DNA from: Thermoproteus tenax Kra 1
Lineage (GTDB): Archaea; Thermoproteota; Thermoprotei; Thermoproteales; Thermoproteaceae
DNA: 32,000 nucleotides
Assembly (NCBI RefSeq): GCF_000253055.1
Contig: NC_016070.1
Span: 90,001-122,000, forward strand
Direction of reading: 5' to 3'
Under the pieces are notes generated by a model. That model saw nothing but the letters and a program-made list of their open reading frames with translations, was not told the DNA's origin and did no database searches. Positions 9,946 through 19,716 of the stretch are shown piece by piece. A program made the position numbers and the translations under genes. The stretch's first letter is position 1; the number at the start of each line of letters is the position of its first letter.

Positions 9946-10710
9946 GTGAAGATAGTATTGACCAACGACGACGGCCCCCACTCGCCCGCGCTACGCTCGA
10001 TAGTTAAGCTCTTGAGCTCCCAAGGACACCAAGTGGTAGTGGTAGTGCCCGAGAAACAGAGGAGCGCAGCAGGCTTTGCGAGGACGTACCACAAGCCCCT
10101 CAGAGTCAGGAAAGTCGGAGATATCTACGTCACAAACGGCTATCCGGCCGACGCAGTATTTCTGGCGTTGAAGCTCTTGGCCCCAGACGCAGAGTTGGTG
10201 CTAAGCGGAGTCAACGTAGGCGAGAACATCGGGTTTGAGTCCACCTACGGTAGCGGCACAATCGCGGCGGCCGTCCAAGCGGGTATATTGGGCTATAAAG
10301 GCGTGGCCGTGTCCATGGAGGACGGCGCCAAATGGGAGCTCGTGGCCTCGGCGCTTTCGGCGCTGGTCGACGCCGCGGCGGAACAATGGAGCGAGGGATT
10401 AGTGGCTGTGTCCGTCAACGTGCCGAGCTGTTGGAGCGGCGCCGTCGAGAGCCCCAAGTCTCTAGCGCTAGGCGTCTTCTCGGAAGCTCTCCACAGAGGT
10501 AGAGACCCCAGGGGAGAGGAGCTATACTGGCGCTGGGGACCCAGAGCGGACGCATTTCCTCCTGACACCGATGCCTACGCCTTCTATGTTTTGAGGGCTA
10601 TAACGGCCTTGGGCATCTGTACACACGGCGTATGTTCGGTCAGAGAGATAGCAGAGGAGATAAAGAGAAGGCTTGCCCTCCCGCCGGACCCCCACTGCGG
10701 CGGGAGTTGA
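9946..10710 (+). CDS. surE: 5'/3'-nucleotidase SurE
   Basis: VKIVLTNDDGPHSPALRS...VVVPEKQRSAAGFARTYHKPLR...SGVNVGENIG; GTG 9946 is the plausible start. Confidence 0.95.
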   Translation: MKIVLTNDDGPHSPALRSIVKLLSSQGHQVVVVVPEKQRSAAGFARTYHKPLRVRKVGDIYVTNGYPADAVFLALKLLAPDAELVLSGVNVGENIGFESTYGSGTIAAAVQAGILGYKGVAVSMEDGAKWELVASALSALVDAAAEQWSEGLVAVSVNVPSCWSGAVESPKSLALGVFSEALHRGRDPRGEELYWRWGPRADAFPPDTDAYAFYVLRAITALGICTHGVCSVREIAEEIKRRLALPPDPHCGGS

Positions 10711-10747
10711 GCATATGCAAAGTTAATTACCTCCCGTCAGAGGGACC

Positions 10748-11941
10748 GTGAGTTGGCTGAGAGGAAACGTTGGCGTTATGATAGTTTCGTGGTTCCTCTT
10801 CGCGATATCTAACGCGCTGACCTTCCCCTATCTTTCAAAGTATATGCAACTAATGGGCGCCTCAGATGTAGACATAGGAGTGGCCGCCTCGTTGAGCTCA
10901 TTGGCCAACATGTTGGCTGTCCTCCCCGGGGGCGTCCTCACTGACGCAATAGGCAGAAGGAGGTCGATTATAATAGGCACGTGGGGGATCACGCTGACCC
11001 AGTTTTTGTACATGCTTGCACCCAACTGGTGGATATTCATGGCGGTCTACATTGTAGATTCAGCTCTCCATTTCTATCAACCAGCTCTGGCTGCAGTATT
11101 ATTGGACTCGTTGCCGCCCGAGAGACGCGGCGGCGGTATGATGTTGACGGCCGTTCTTCCGCAGATACCATGGCTCTTTCTGCCGCCTATAGGCGGATAT
11201 CTTTTGGATAGGTTCGGCCTCCTTGGCATGAGGCTCTCCTTCATGATATCTGGCGTCATATCGGCCAGTGTGGCTCTGTTCCGCATGAGGGCGTTGAGGG
11301 AGACTATAGAGGTGAGGAGAGTGGAGCCCAGGAAAATTGTCGCCATGTCTGTCGAGTCCTTGGAGTTCTGGAGGGGATTCGGCGAGCTTGACGCCTTTGT
11401 GAAATACGCAGTCGTCATGGGACTAATATCGAACTTTGCTGCAGTGCCGGCGCAACGCTTCGGCGTTCTTTACGCCACGGAGGTCTTGGGACTCGACAAT
11501 ACCCTCTGGGGAGTTCTGCAGAGCGCGTTGGCGGCGGTAGCCATAGTATTGGGCGTAGTCTTAACTCCAGTGATAGACAAGGCTCCGAGAGACGCGGCCC
11601 TCTTAGCCGGGACTGCGCTTTCAGCTGTCGGCTTCTTTGCGGTGGGCCTATGGCGCTCTGTAGCGGTCTTTGCGGTCGCCTTGTTGATGATAAACGTGGG
11701 CCTCGAGGTTATGACCGCAATAAGGCGCGCTGTAATAGGCGATAGGGTGAAGCCCAACAGCAGAGGGAGGGTGATGGGCCAGAGTCTGGCCTTTGAATAT
11801 ATGGGCGTGGTGTTTGGCGGCTTCGCCGGCGGTCTGTTGTACTCTCTATCGCCCCCTCTCTCGTTCCTCGCGTCCTCAGTTCTACTATTTGCATCGTCTT
11901 CATATCTGCTTCTGTATATTGCTCGCTCCCCTCGAACATAG
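10748..11941 (+). CDS. Major facilitator superfamily transporter
   Basis: 397 aa, about 12 hydrophobic segments; GGVLTDAIGRRRSI MFS loop motif. Confidence 0.88.
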   Translation: MSWLRGNVGVMIVSWFLFAISNALTFPYLSKYMQLMGASDVDIGVAASLSSLANMLAVLPGGVLTDAIGRRRSIIIGTWGITLTQFLYMLAPNWWIFMAVYIVDSALHFYQPALAAVLLDSLPPERRGGGMMLTAVLPQIPWLFLPPIGGYLLDRFGLLGMRLSFMISGVISASVALFRMRALRETIEVRRVEPRKIVAMSVESLEFWRGFGELDAFVKYAVVMGLISNFAAVPAQRFGVLYATEVLGLDNTLWGVLQSALAAVAIVLGVVLTPVIDKAPRDAALLAGTALSAVGFFAVGLWRSVAVFAVALLMINVGLEVMTAIRRAVIGDRVKPNSRGRVMGQSLAFEYMGVVFGGFAGGLLYSLSPPLSFLASSVLLFASSSYLLLYIARSPRT

Positions 11942-12017
11942 AGGGAGACTACGTGCGGGCGAACGCTGGCCAAGAGGCTAGTGGAATCTATATATTCTCC
12001 TTGGAGGGTATATCTAC

Positions 12018-13190
12018 GTGGATGTGTTTCTCGCCGTCGCGGGCTCGCCCGACATCTCCGACGATGTGAAGAGATCTTACTACCAAGAGTACAGCGGCCA
12101 GCTCAAAGCTCTCGGCGTGTCCCTATCGCAGACCTCAGACATAGCGTTGATAGTTGCAATAACGGGAGGCTCTGAAAACGAGATAATGGCCAACGCTAGA
12201 CAGTACAACATAATAGTGGCGTGGCCCCACTACAACTCGCTGCCCTCGGCTCTGGAGGCGGCGGCAGCGCTGAGGGACTCCGGCAGATACACGAAAGTGA
12301 TCGCGCTATCGGCGCCCAAGGCGCATCTGGGAGACGGCGTTATAAAGATCCTGAGGCTTATGGAGCTGATAAAGGCCGGCACACCCCGCTTTGGGCTAAT
12401 AGGATCCCCGAACCCATGGCTCGTCTCGAGCAACATGAGCCTAGTGACGACAGATCAAATAACTATCGACGAGAGTTTAGCGGGCCTAGATATCAACGCA
12501 GGCCTAGTAGACGCCAGGCTCCTATTGAGGGGCGCTGTATCGAGCGAGTACGACGAGAGACAGATAGCTCCGGCGACCGCATACGCAAGAAGGCTGTTGG
12601 ACATAGCCAGATCGCGCGGTTGGGACGGGCTGACCTTGGGATGTTGGTGTTTCGACATAGGCTCCATCAAGAGGAGGGGGTGGACGCCGTGTATCTCGTT
12701 GGCCCTCCTCAACCAGATGGGGATGCCAGCTGCTTGCGAGGGAGACATGAGGGCTCTGTACTCAATGTACGTCTTATCTAAGCTCGCCGGCGGCCCGGCG
12801 TGGATGAGCAACGTCAACTACGCCGAGGGCGACCTGCTGGTCTTGACCCACGACGGGGCACCTCCAGCGATGGCCGAGGAATACTCGATCGTGCGGCGGA
12901 GCATAACCAACGCACCTGCGGCGATCAGAGCGAGGTTCCCCACGGGCATTACAGTGACGTTGTTGAGAGTTTCCGCCGATTTGAAAAAGGCGCTGTTATT
13001 GAAGGGCATCACAATAGAGCCGGAGAGAGTGGAGGCCTGCGCAACGCAGATAGGGGTCAAGTTGGTGGTGGGCACTGCGCGCGACGTAATTGAGGCGGGC
13101 CTCGGCAATCATTTGGCCTTTGTCTTGGACGACGTCTACGAAGAGGCGAGAGATTATTTAATCCATTTGGGCGCGAGAGTAATTCCGTGA
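12018..13190 (+). CDS. L-fucose/L-arabinose isomerase-like fold protein
   Basis: 390 aa; GWDGLTLGCWCFD...PCISLALLNQMGMPAACEGDMRALYSMYVLSKLAGGPAWMSNVNY resembles the C-terminus of FucI-related proteins. Confidence 0.7.
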   Translation: MDVFLAVAGSPDISDDVKRSYYQEYSGQLKALGVSLSQTSDIALIVAITGGSENEIMANARQYNIIVAWPHYNSLPSALEAAAALRDSGRYTKVIALSAPKAHLGDGVIKILRLMELIKAGTPRFGLIGSPNPWLVSSNMSLVTTDQITIDESLAGLDINAGLVDARLLLRGAVSSEYDERQIAPATAYARRLLDIARSRGWDGLTLGCWCFDIGSIKRRGWTPCISLALLNQMGMPAACEGDMRALYSMYVLSKLAGGPAWMSNVNYAEGDLLVLTHDGAPPAMAEEYSIVRRSITNAPAAIRARFPTGITVTLLRVSADLKKALLLKGITIEPERVEACATQIGVKLVVGTARDVIEAGLGNHLAFVLDDVYEEARDYLIHLGARVIP

Positions 13191-13235
13191 TGTATCCATC
13201 CGCTTGGGACATAATGACCGGAAAGAAGCCTCTGA

Positions 13236-13502
13236 TCAGACGCACTCGTAATTGATTACGTCTCTCAATAACTGGAAGACTAGACACCTCTCCTCAGCCC
13301 CTGTGCAAGGGCCTCGGCAAGCGACGCGGTACCCCTGAACCTCGCACGACACAACCACATCCCCAACCGTGTCGGCATTTTTCACACCTACGCCATAGGC
13401 CAACGCGGCGACGAGGAGCTCTAGGGGGGATAGGCTCGTAGGAACCTCCTTGTTGTTGACGACCAAACGCCCGCGTAAATACCGAGCTTCGACACTCTTC
13501 AT
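13236..13502 (-). CDS. Small Cys-containing hypothetical protein (weak OsmC-like N-terminal motif)
   Basis: 88 aa; SPLELLVAALAYGVG resembles the OsmC core helix but the protein is short. Confidence 0.4.
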   Translation of the reverse strand: MKSVEARYLRGRLVVNNKEVPTSLSPLELLVAALAYGVGVKNADTVGDVVVSCEVQGYRVACRGPCTGAEERCLVFQLLRDVINYECV

Positions 13503-13528
13503 ATATTTCCTTTTGTGAATTTACTTTT

Positions 13529-14089
13529 ATGGATTCAATAGGATTGATTGCAGCTCTGGCCATACTTATAGGAGCGTGGTACGCTATTGCATCATTGATA
13601 GGAAGAAGAATAAATATAAAATCTATAAAGAAATGTAATGAACTATGTTTAATTGAAAAATATTTAGTGACAGGTACTTCTTTCTTCGTAGAATTTAAAT
13701 GCAATTGGGCAAAATATCTAGGGGTTTTTGTCCAGAGACTTCCTTGGGATAATCCATTAAATCTTGTAGCCAGTTTGATATCTCTAAGGAAGCCTATGGC
13801 GATTGTCAAAGCTGAGTTAGATGCGCCAATCCCCTGGAGTCTGGACATGTCCAGCAAGGGGGCTCTGGGACATGCCGAGGAGATAGATGGATTTTTTGTG
13901 GTGAACAGAAACACGCCTAAGAGCTTAGTTAATGAGCTTGTCGATGCATGTAAAAAGTTAGGAATAACAAGGTTGATTTTGGGCGGAAGGCCGCCAATCC
14001 AGCTGTTTGTGCAATCAGACGACTGCGCTAGAGTCCTTCAATTATCGGAAAATATAATTAAAATTATTGCTAAACATACAAAGAAGTAA
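13529..14089 (+). CDS. Hypothetical protein with one N-terminal transmembrane segment
   Basis: 186 aa ORF, markedly more AT-rich than its neighbours; no family recognised. Confidence 0.6.
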   Translation: MDSIGLIAALAILIGAWYAIASLIGRRINIKSIKKCNELCLIEKYLVTGTSFFVEFKCNWAKYLGVFVQRLPWDNPLNLVASLISLRKPMAIVKAELDAPIPWSLDMSSKGALGHAEEIDGFFVVNRNTPKSLVNELVDACKKLGITRLILGGRPPIQLFVQSDDCARVLQLSENIIKIIAKHTKK

Positions 14090-14118
14090 TACTTAAAAAT
14101 AAGAATAAGATAGCTCCT

Positions 14119-15909
14119 ATGGGTTTCTTTGACACCCCGGCCCCGTATATATTGGCTGGATTAGTATTATATTTTATTACATATATGACGTATTCAAAAT
14201 ATATAGATAGAAAGATATGGAGCGCCGATCCCAATAGACCAACTCCGGCGAGGATGTATTTTGACGGCGTAGAGTATTTCCCAGTATCTAAGTACGTCTT
14301 GTTCGGATATCAGTTCAAGTCAGTCGCAGCTCTGGGCCCCATCGTGGGCCCGTTGACCGCCGTATTGTTCTACGGTTGGGTTCCGGCTCTGCTCTGGGTG
14401 ATTTTCGGCAATATGTTCATTGGGTGGGTGCAAGACTATTCGGCCATGATGATGTCCATAAGGAGCGACGGCAGATCTATGGGGCCGATAACATACAAAC
14501 TGCTCGGCGGAAGGGCCAGGACCATCTTGTTGGTATATTTGATATTCTATCTCATAATAATAACCGCCGTATTTGAGTGGACCATCGTGGACGTGCTTAA
14601 TAGAGTTCCCGGCACATTTACCGCTGTGTTGTTCGTGCTGTTGGGAGGCATAGTCTTCGGCCAACTGGTCTTCAGAATGAAGATGGACGTGCTAAAGGCC
14701 ACGGTAATAGCCTTGCTCATAGTTCTTGCAGGATATTTCTTGGTGGCCTTTGTGCCAGCGGTGAGGAGCCCGCCGACGAACTTCTTGGACAATCCAGCCA
14801 CGTTGAGCCGCTTTCCGGCACCTAAGGGCGTTAACCCGGCCACTTTGACGTGGCCTGGAACATCTACAGCTTTGTTCTGGTTGATTGTAATTTCCGTTAT
14901 CTACCTAGCGGCCTCTCTGACTACTATGCCTAAGTTTCTACTGCCTACCGTCTATGTAGGCTATCTGCCGTCAATAATAGCGCTTGTACTGGTCCTAATA
15001 GCGGCCATCGCCACTCCACTGACAGGTCTCACAATCCAACAGACGTCCCTCAAGGCACTCTACGTGGATCCCCTAGTTAATCCCCAAGGAGGTCCGATCT
15101 GGCCAATACTCTTTGTTACAATAGCGTGCGGCGCAATATCGGGGTGGCATAGCCTGATCTCCTCAGGCCTCACTTCAAAACAGCTCGAGTATGAGACAGA
15201 TGCGTTGCCCGTCGGCGGAGGCGCCATGATGACCGAAGGCGCCGTGGCCCTCTCGTCGATAGCAGCTATGATGGTGTTAGCGGCTCCGCCGCTAGGGGCC
15301 GCCGCCTATGTGGTAGGCGCTACCACGCTTACGTCAAAGCTTCTGAACGTTCCACCTATATTTATGAGTATATTGTACGGCATATTCGTCACAGTAATGG
15401 GCCTAATAACATCTATGTTGTTTGTCAGAGTCTTCAGGCTCACTATGGCGGAGCTTTTCGAGAGATCTCCTCTAGGTAATAAGTATATAGCTACTTTGAT
15501 TATACTTATATTAAGTGGCTTTTTGGCCTTCGTAGGATCTTGGACCAACTTGTGGATATTCTTTGGTGGAACAAATCAGTTGTTGGCGGCTCTTGCCCTC
15601 CTACTTGTAGCTATATTCCTTGTCAGCCAGAAGAAGCCGTCGACGTACGTATTCATACCGGGCATATTTATGGCAGTGACTACCCTCGCGGCTCTGGCGT
15701 GGGAGACCTACGTCTATGGGCTATACGCTGTATTGAACAAGCCAATAGGCGTTCAGGCTGCGGCTGCTATGTTATATGGAAACTGGGTCGTAAGTGTGTC
15801 GAACTACATCTCAGCGGCATTCGGCGCATTGCTATTAATACTAGGTATTATAATGACATACTACTTAATAAAAGGCTGGTTAAGCTACAGAGCTGAAGCC
15901 AAAAAATAA
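14119..15909 (+). CDS. cstA: Carbon starvation protein A (CstA) family transporter
   Basis: 596 aa membrane protein; PTPARMYFDGVEYFPVSKYVLFGYQFKSVAALGPIVGP...GNMFIGWVQDYSAMMMSIRSDGRSMG. Confidence 0.93.
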   Translation: MGFFDTPAPYILAGLVLYFITYMTYSKYIDRKIWSADPNRPTPARMYFDGVEYFPVSKYVLFGYQFKSVAALGPIVGPLTAVLFYGWVPALLWVIFGNMFIGWVQDYSAMMMSIRSDGRSMGPITYKLLGGRARTILLVYLIFYLIIITAVFEWTIVDVLNRVPGTFTAVLFVLLGGIVFGQLVFRMKMDVLKATVIALLIVLAGYFLVAFVPAVRSPPTNFLDNPATLSRFPAPKGVNPATLTWPGTSTALFWLIVISVIYLAASLTTMPKFLLPTVYVGYLPSIIALVLVLIAAIATPLTGLTIQQTSLKALYVDPLVNPQGGPIWPILFVTIACGAISGWHSLISSGLTSKQLEYETDALPVGGGAMMTEGAVALSSIAAMMVLAAPPLGAAAYVVGATTLTSKLLNVPPIFMSILYGIFVTVMGLITSMLFVRVFRLTMAELFERSPLGNKYIATLIILILSGFLAFVGSWTNLWIFFGGTNQLLAALALLLVAIFLVSQKKPSTYVFIPGIFMAVTTLAALAWETYVYGLYAVLNKPIGVQAAAAMLYGNWVVSVSNYISAAFGALLLILGIIMTYYLIKGWLSYRAEAKK

Positions 15910-15940
15910 ACATTTTTAACGTACCCTCTTTTCTCCTTTT

Positions 15941-16189
15941 GTGGGAATCCTCAACAGGATAAGAGAGGTAATCGAGGGAATGGCGGTGCATGGACAGGCG
16001 GCCTCAATTCTTAAAATCAAGGCACAGATAGATAATTTATTCATGATAATAACACTCGGCGACATGTTAGGCATACCGCTACTGCCGCCGTATTACTCGC
16101 TTAGGTTGCTCCCCTATATGTTCCCCAACATACAGAGTTGGAAAATGTATATGCTTAGGGAGAGAGACGTCACAGATATGATAGCATGA
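15941..16189 (+). CDS. Small conserved protein, paralogue of 18158..18421
   Basis: Shares LGIPLLxxYYxxRLLPY and a trailing E/K-rich segment with 18158..18421; stop overlaps next ATG. Confidence 0.8.
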   Translation: MGILNRIREVIEGMAVHGQAASILKIKAQIDNLFMIITLGDMLGIPLLPPYYSLRLLPYMFPNIQSWKMYMLRERDVTDMIA

Positions 16190-17187
16190 TAGGGCTCAAG
16201 GGCCTTCTGGAGAGAAAGCCTAAGCTTAAGGTCATTATATATGCCGGTAAGGGAGGCCTCGGCAAAACGACTTTAAGCGCGGCGACATCGCTATTGTTAT
16301 CTAGGGACAAGCGGGTCCTAGTCTTCAGTACAGACCCTCAAGCCTCCCTAAGCGATGTCTTTGAGCGCGACGTCTTTGGAAAGGGTGAGGTCCAGATAGC
16401 AGAGAACCTCTATGTATTAGAGATAGATGCCGATAAAAGAATAAATGAGTATGTGACATCTATAAAAAGAAAAATAATTGATATGTATAAGTTGGATAAA
16501 CTGCCGCCAGATCTAGAGGAGTATATAGATAGCGCGGCCGCGGAGCCTGCTATGTACGAGAGCGCGGTGTACGACGCCATGGTCGACGTCGTTTCCGAGG
16601 GAAAATACGACTATTATATCTTCGATATGCCGCCGTTTGGACACGGAATAAGGATGATCGCGATGGCCGATATCTTGAGTAAATGGGTCGAAAAGATCAC
16701 CGAGCTGAGGCAACAAGCCTACGACTACGGCAGAGTGGCCTCGTCGCTCAAGCGCGCTAAACTCACGTACGAAGACGAAATACTCAAGGAGCTGCAGTAC
16801 ATAAGAGATAGAATAGTGGCCTTCAGAAATATAATAACTAACAGAGAGAGCGCATCGTTTATGGTGGTTGTAACTCCCGAAAAAATGAGCATACTAGATA
16901 CGGAGAAGGCCATCGAGATGTTCTCCTCTCTCGGCCTAGAGGTGTCCGGCATTGTTGTAAACCAAGTCTATCCCCCCGAGCTCTCTAAGGACCCCAGGAC
17001 GCCTGAGTACATAAGGAACAGAATAGAAGAGCAGAGGAAATATATGGATGAGATACGGCGTAAGTTCGGCGACTTGGTCATTTCAGTTGTGCCTATGTTG
17101 AACAGAGAGCCCAAGGGCCTCGAGGCGCTGTCCATAGTGGCCAAAGAGCTCTGGTCCCCAAGCAGACCGTTTGAGGAGTACCTATGA
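16186..17187 (+). CDS. ArsA/GET3-family ATPase, catalytically intact type
   Basis: YAGKGGLGKTTLSAA deviant Walker A; STDPQASLSDVF switch I with Asp retained; FDMPPFGHGIRMI switch II. Confidence 0.88.
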   Translation: MIGLKGLLERKPKLKVIIYAGKGGLGKTTLSAATSLLLSRDKRVLVFSTDPQASLSDVFERDVFGKGEVQIAENLYVLEIDADKRINEYVTSIKRKIIDMYKLDKLPPDLEEYIDSAAAEPAMYESAVYDAMVDVVSEGKYDYYIFDMPPFGHGIRMIAMADILSKWVEKITELRQQAYDYGRVASSLKRAKLTYEDEILKELQYIRDRIVAFRNIITNRESASFMVVVTPEKMSILDTEKAIEMFSSLGLEVSGIVVNQVYPPELSKDPRTPEYIRNRIEEQRKYMDEIRRKFGDLVISVVPMLNREPKGLEALSIVAKELWSPSRPFEEYL

Positions 17188-18161
17188 GGGCGTTGTTGAA
17201 CTCAAACACTAAGTTCTTCTTCTTCGGCGGAAAAGGCGGCGTAGGGAAGACGGTGGTCTCGGCGGCTGTGGCTCTGTACTTCGCCGATAGGGGAGAGAAG
17301 ACTTTATTGGCCAGCTTCAACCCGGTCCACTCGCTGTCGTCGCTGTTCCAACAGGACTTAAGCGGCGGCGATATCAAGAAGGTGGTTGGGCTTGAGAACC
17401 TATACGCAGTGGAGGTAGAAATCGACGACATAATAACGAAATATAAGGAGAGGGTCAGCACGCTGTTGAGAGAGCTGTTCAAGTGGGCCGAGCTACCGGT
17501 GGACACAAAGCCGTTGGTCGATATAGCGACGACGAACCCGTCTTTCCACGAGGCGGCCGCCTTCGACAAGATGATGGACGTAGTGTTGAACCAAGGGCAG
17601 AACTTCTCGCGCATTATATTTGATATGGCCGCTGTGGCCAACGCCGTGAGGCTGATAGGGCTTTCAAAGCTCTACGGGCTGTGGCTTCAGAGGACTATAA
17701 AGATGAGGCAGGAGGCCCTATCCTTGAGATACCAGCTGGCGTTTAGGAAGGAGAAAGTTATGGAGGAGATAAAGAAGGATCCCGTATTAAACGACTTGAT
17801 AAATCTTCAAGAGAGATATATTAAAGTTAGAGAAGTATTGAAGGATCCCAACATGACTCGGTTTATCTTTGTAACTATTCCCACGATGTTGTCAATATCT
17901 GTTGTGAAGAGGTTCATAGATATGGTAAGGGCGTACGAGATACCCATAGGCGGCGTGGTGGTCAATATGGTCATCCCGCGGGAGGAGGCAGAGAGAGACC
18001 AGACAGGCTTCCTTAAGTCTAAAAGCGAGGAGCAAGCCAAGAACTTGGAGCTTATAGACCGCTATTTCGGCGACTTAGTGCTGAGTAGAGTAAAACTGTT
18101 CCCAGAAGATATAGTGGGTATAGAGAGATTACGTCAATTTGTCAATGAGCTTATCAAATGA
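17184..18161 (+). CDS. ArsA/GET3-family ATPase paralogue with degenerate switch I/II
   Basis: FGGKGGVGKTVVSAAVALYF; ASFNPVHSLSSLF (Asn at the GET3 catalytic Asp position); FDMAAVANAVRLI in place of DxAPTGHT. Confidence 0.85.
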   Translation: MRALLNSNTKFFFFGGKGGVGKTVVSAAVALYFADRGEKTLLASFNPVHSLSSLFQQDLSGGDIKKVVGLENLYAVEVEIDDIITKYKERVSTLLRELFKWAELPVDTKPLVDIATTNPSFHEAAAFDKMMDVVLNQGQNFSRIIFDMAAVANAVRLIGLSKLYGLWLQRTIKMRQEALSLRYQLAFRKEKVMEEIKKDPVLNDLINLQERYIKVREVLKDPNMTRFIFVTIPTMLSISVVKRFIDMVRAYEIPIGGVVVNMVIPREEAERDQTGFLKSKSEEQAKNLELIDRYFGDLVLSRVKLFPEDIVGIERLRQFVNELIK

Positions 18162-18421
18162 AAATTAAACAGATAATATATGATTTCTTATTTGGAGCTT
18201 TTTATCTAGATCTCTATAAGGAAGTTGCAAAGATCCATAAACAATTGTTGTTGGTTACAGAGTTTTTGGTCTTCGGCGAATTCCTGGGGATCCCCCTCCT
18301 CAGCTCTTACTACGCGATGAGGCTGTTGCCCTATTTCGTCGGAGAGCTATACGATTTCAAGTCCGAGATGCTCAAGGAGAAGGACCTCTTCGAGGAGATA
18401 GCGCACGTGGATGTCCACTGA
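18158..18421 (+). CDS. Small conserved protein, paralogue of 15941..16189
   Basis: EFLGIPLLSSYYAMRLLPYFVGELYDFKSEMLKEKDLFEE; ATG overlaps the upstream stop. Confidence 0.8.
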   Translation: MKIKQIIYDFLFGAFYLDLYKEVAKIHKQLLLVTEFLVFGEFLGIPLLSSYYAMRLLPYFVGELYDFKSEMLKEKDLFEEIAHVDVH

Positions 18422-18860
18422 AGAATACTCTTGGCACACAATAGCTGTCGGCAATAGCATCCTGGGCGTGTATAACTTTATAGTGCTTGCGGCGCCTCCC
18501 GACTGGAAGCTCATTATTATGCCCATGGCCTCCGACATCTTCTCCTACGTGTCCAAAGACGGCGCCAAATGGGTGAGGGACGGCGAGGTAAAACACTTCA
18601 TAAAGGGGGGAAGAGAGTTCTTCGAGCTTGAGATCAAGGTCAAGCCGGGCAACAAGGCCAGAGCTGCCGGCTCTGCGGTAGAGTTCGGCGGCCACAGTGG
18701 AGTCTATTCAGTGGCCGAGGAGGGTCTTATCAAGAGGAAGAAGGCGTTAATAATAGAGGCCTATTGTCCCGAGACGGATAGAACGATCACAATAAAGATA
18801 AAGGGGGAGAGGGCGCCTCTAGAGGTCTTGAAATACGTTAAATTCAGTAGATGTCACTAA
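18411..18860 (+). CDS. Conserved hypothetical protein, last gene of the CstA-ArsA operon
   Basis: 149 aa ORF overlapping the previous gene in the same operon. Confidence 0.7.
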   Translation: MSTEEYSWHTIAVGNSILGVYNFIVLAAPPDWKLIIMPMASDIFSYVSKDGAKWVRDGEVKHFIKGGREFFELEIKVKPGNKARAAGSAVEFGGHSGVYSVAEEGLIKRKKALIIEAYCPETDRTITIKIKGERAPLEVLKYVKFSRCH

Positions 18861-19708
18861 GTTCTCTCGAATATCGAGAAATAATACGGCGTTTTGGAGA
18901 ACCTCTGCACTCTCGTTAGACCGGCCAACGGCAACAGATCTTCTATCATATCGGCGGTGAACACGTTGTTTCCGCTCCATAGAAAGACAGTCGCTATTGA
19001 GGGTAGCGCCGCTGCGTCCGTATTGCCTACGATGACCTTGCCGCCGCGCCTTAGACGGTCGACAAGACATTTGACCTCCCTGTATGGGTCTATGAACCAG
19101 TGGAAGGACTCAAACAATATCAAAGTATCATATTCGACTCTGCTTATTTCACAGGCGCTCGCGGCCCTCTCTAGAGACGTTATCCCCACCTCCGCTAGAT
19201 CTTTGATGGGCTCCTCACGTCTCTCGTATGTCTTTATATCGAGACCGGCCCTCCTCAGCTCTTCAGCCAGCGGGAATACCTCGCCTAGGAAGGGCGCCAA
19301 GGCTCTGCCTGTCGCTACTTTTTTGACCATTTCTATATAGATGTTCATAATGCTATAGTACCAAGGCGACATCAACATGGAGATCCTTAGGAGCTCAGCC
19401 ATTTCGTCCAGCCTGTTCAGAGATCGAGTAACAGAATCGTGGAAGTCCACAAACTGGACCCCCAGCGTTGACCTCAAAGAGGGCGGCCTCGGGCTCGCCT
19501 TGGGCTCCCCCCTCTGATTTACTTTGTTGCTCAACAGAAGCACCTTAAACAAAGAGTTGGCATATCTGTCGTTGCGACCTCGTAAAACGTTCCACCAGCT
19601 GAGCGCGTAGTACGCGCTTGTATCCAGCAAATCTTTAATGGGGCCTATTAGGGACAGCCTCTGTGCTACAGCCATCGTACGGTCATCCTCTGAAAACAGA
19701 CTAACCAT
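18857..19708 (-). CDS. Putative (divergent) class I methyltransferase-like protein
   Basis: YDTLILFESFHWFIDPYREVKCLVDRLRRGGKVIVGNTDAAALP resembles motifs post-II/III of SAM methyltransferases. Confidence 0.5.
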   Translation of the reverse strand: MVSLFSEDDRTMAVAQRLSLIGPIKDLLDTSAYYALSWWNVLRGRNDRYANSLFKVLLLSNKVNQRGEPKASPRPPSLRSTLGVQFVDFHDSVTRSLNRLDEMAELLRISMLMSPWYYSIMNIYIEMVKKVATGRALAPFLGEVFPLAEELRRAGLDIKTYERREEPIKDLAEVGITSLERAASACEISRVEYDTLILFESFHWFIDPYREVKCLVDRLRRGGKVIVGNTDAAALPSIATVFLWSGNNVFTADMIEDLLPLAGLTRVQRFSKTPYYFSIFERT

Positions 19709-19716
19709 CTACTTCT

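Noticed and set aside
12221-12781. 186-aa ORF overlapping the FucI-like gene, and similar shadow ORFs elsewhere (e.g. 1742..1987, 21284..21760, 27436..28194)
   Set aside because: Low-complexity, Arg/Pro-rich translations overlapping well-supported genes; high-GC shadow ORFs.
13200-13235. Possible C/D-box sRNA (ataatgacc...ctgatcag)
   Set aside because: The C box does not match RUGAUGA well and no C'/D' pair is convincing.
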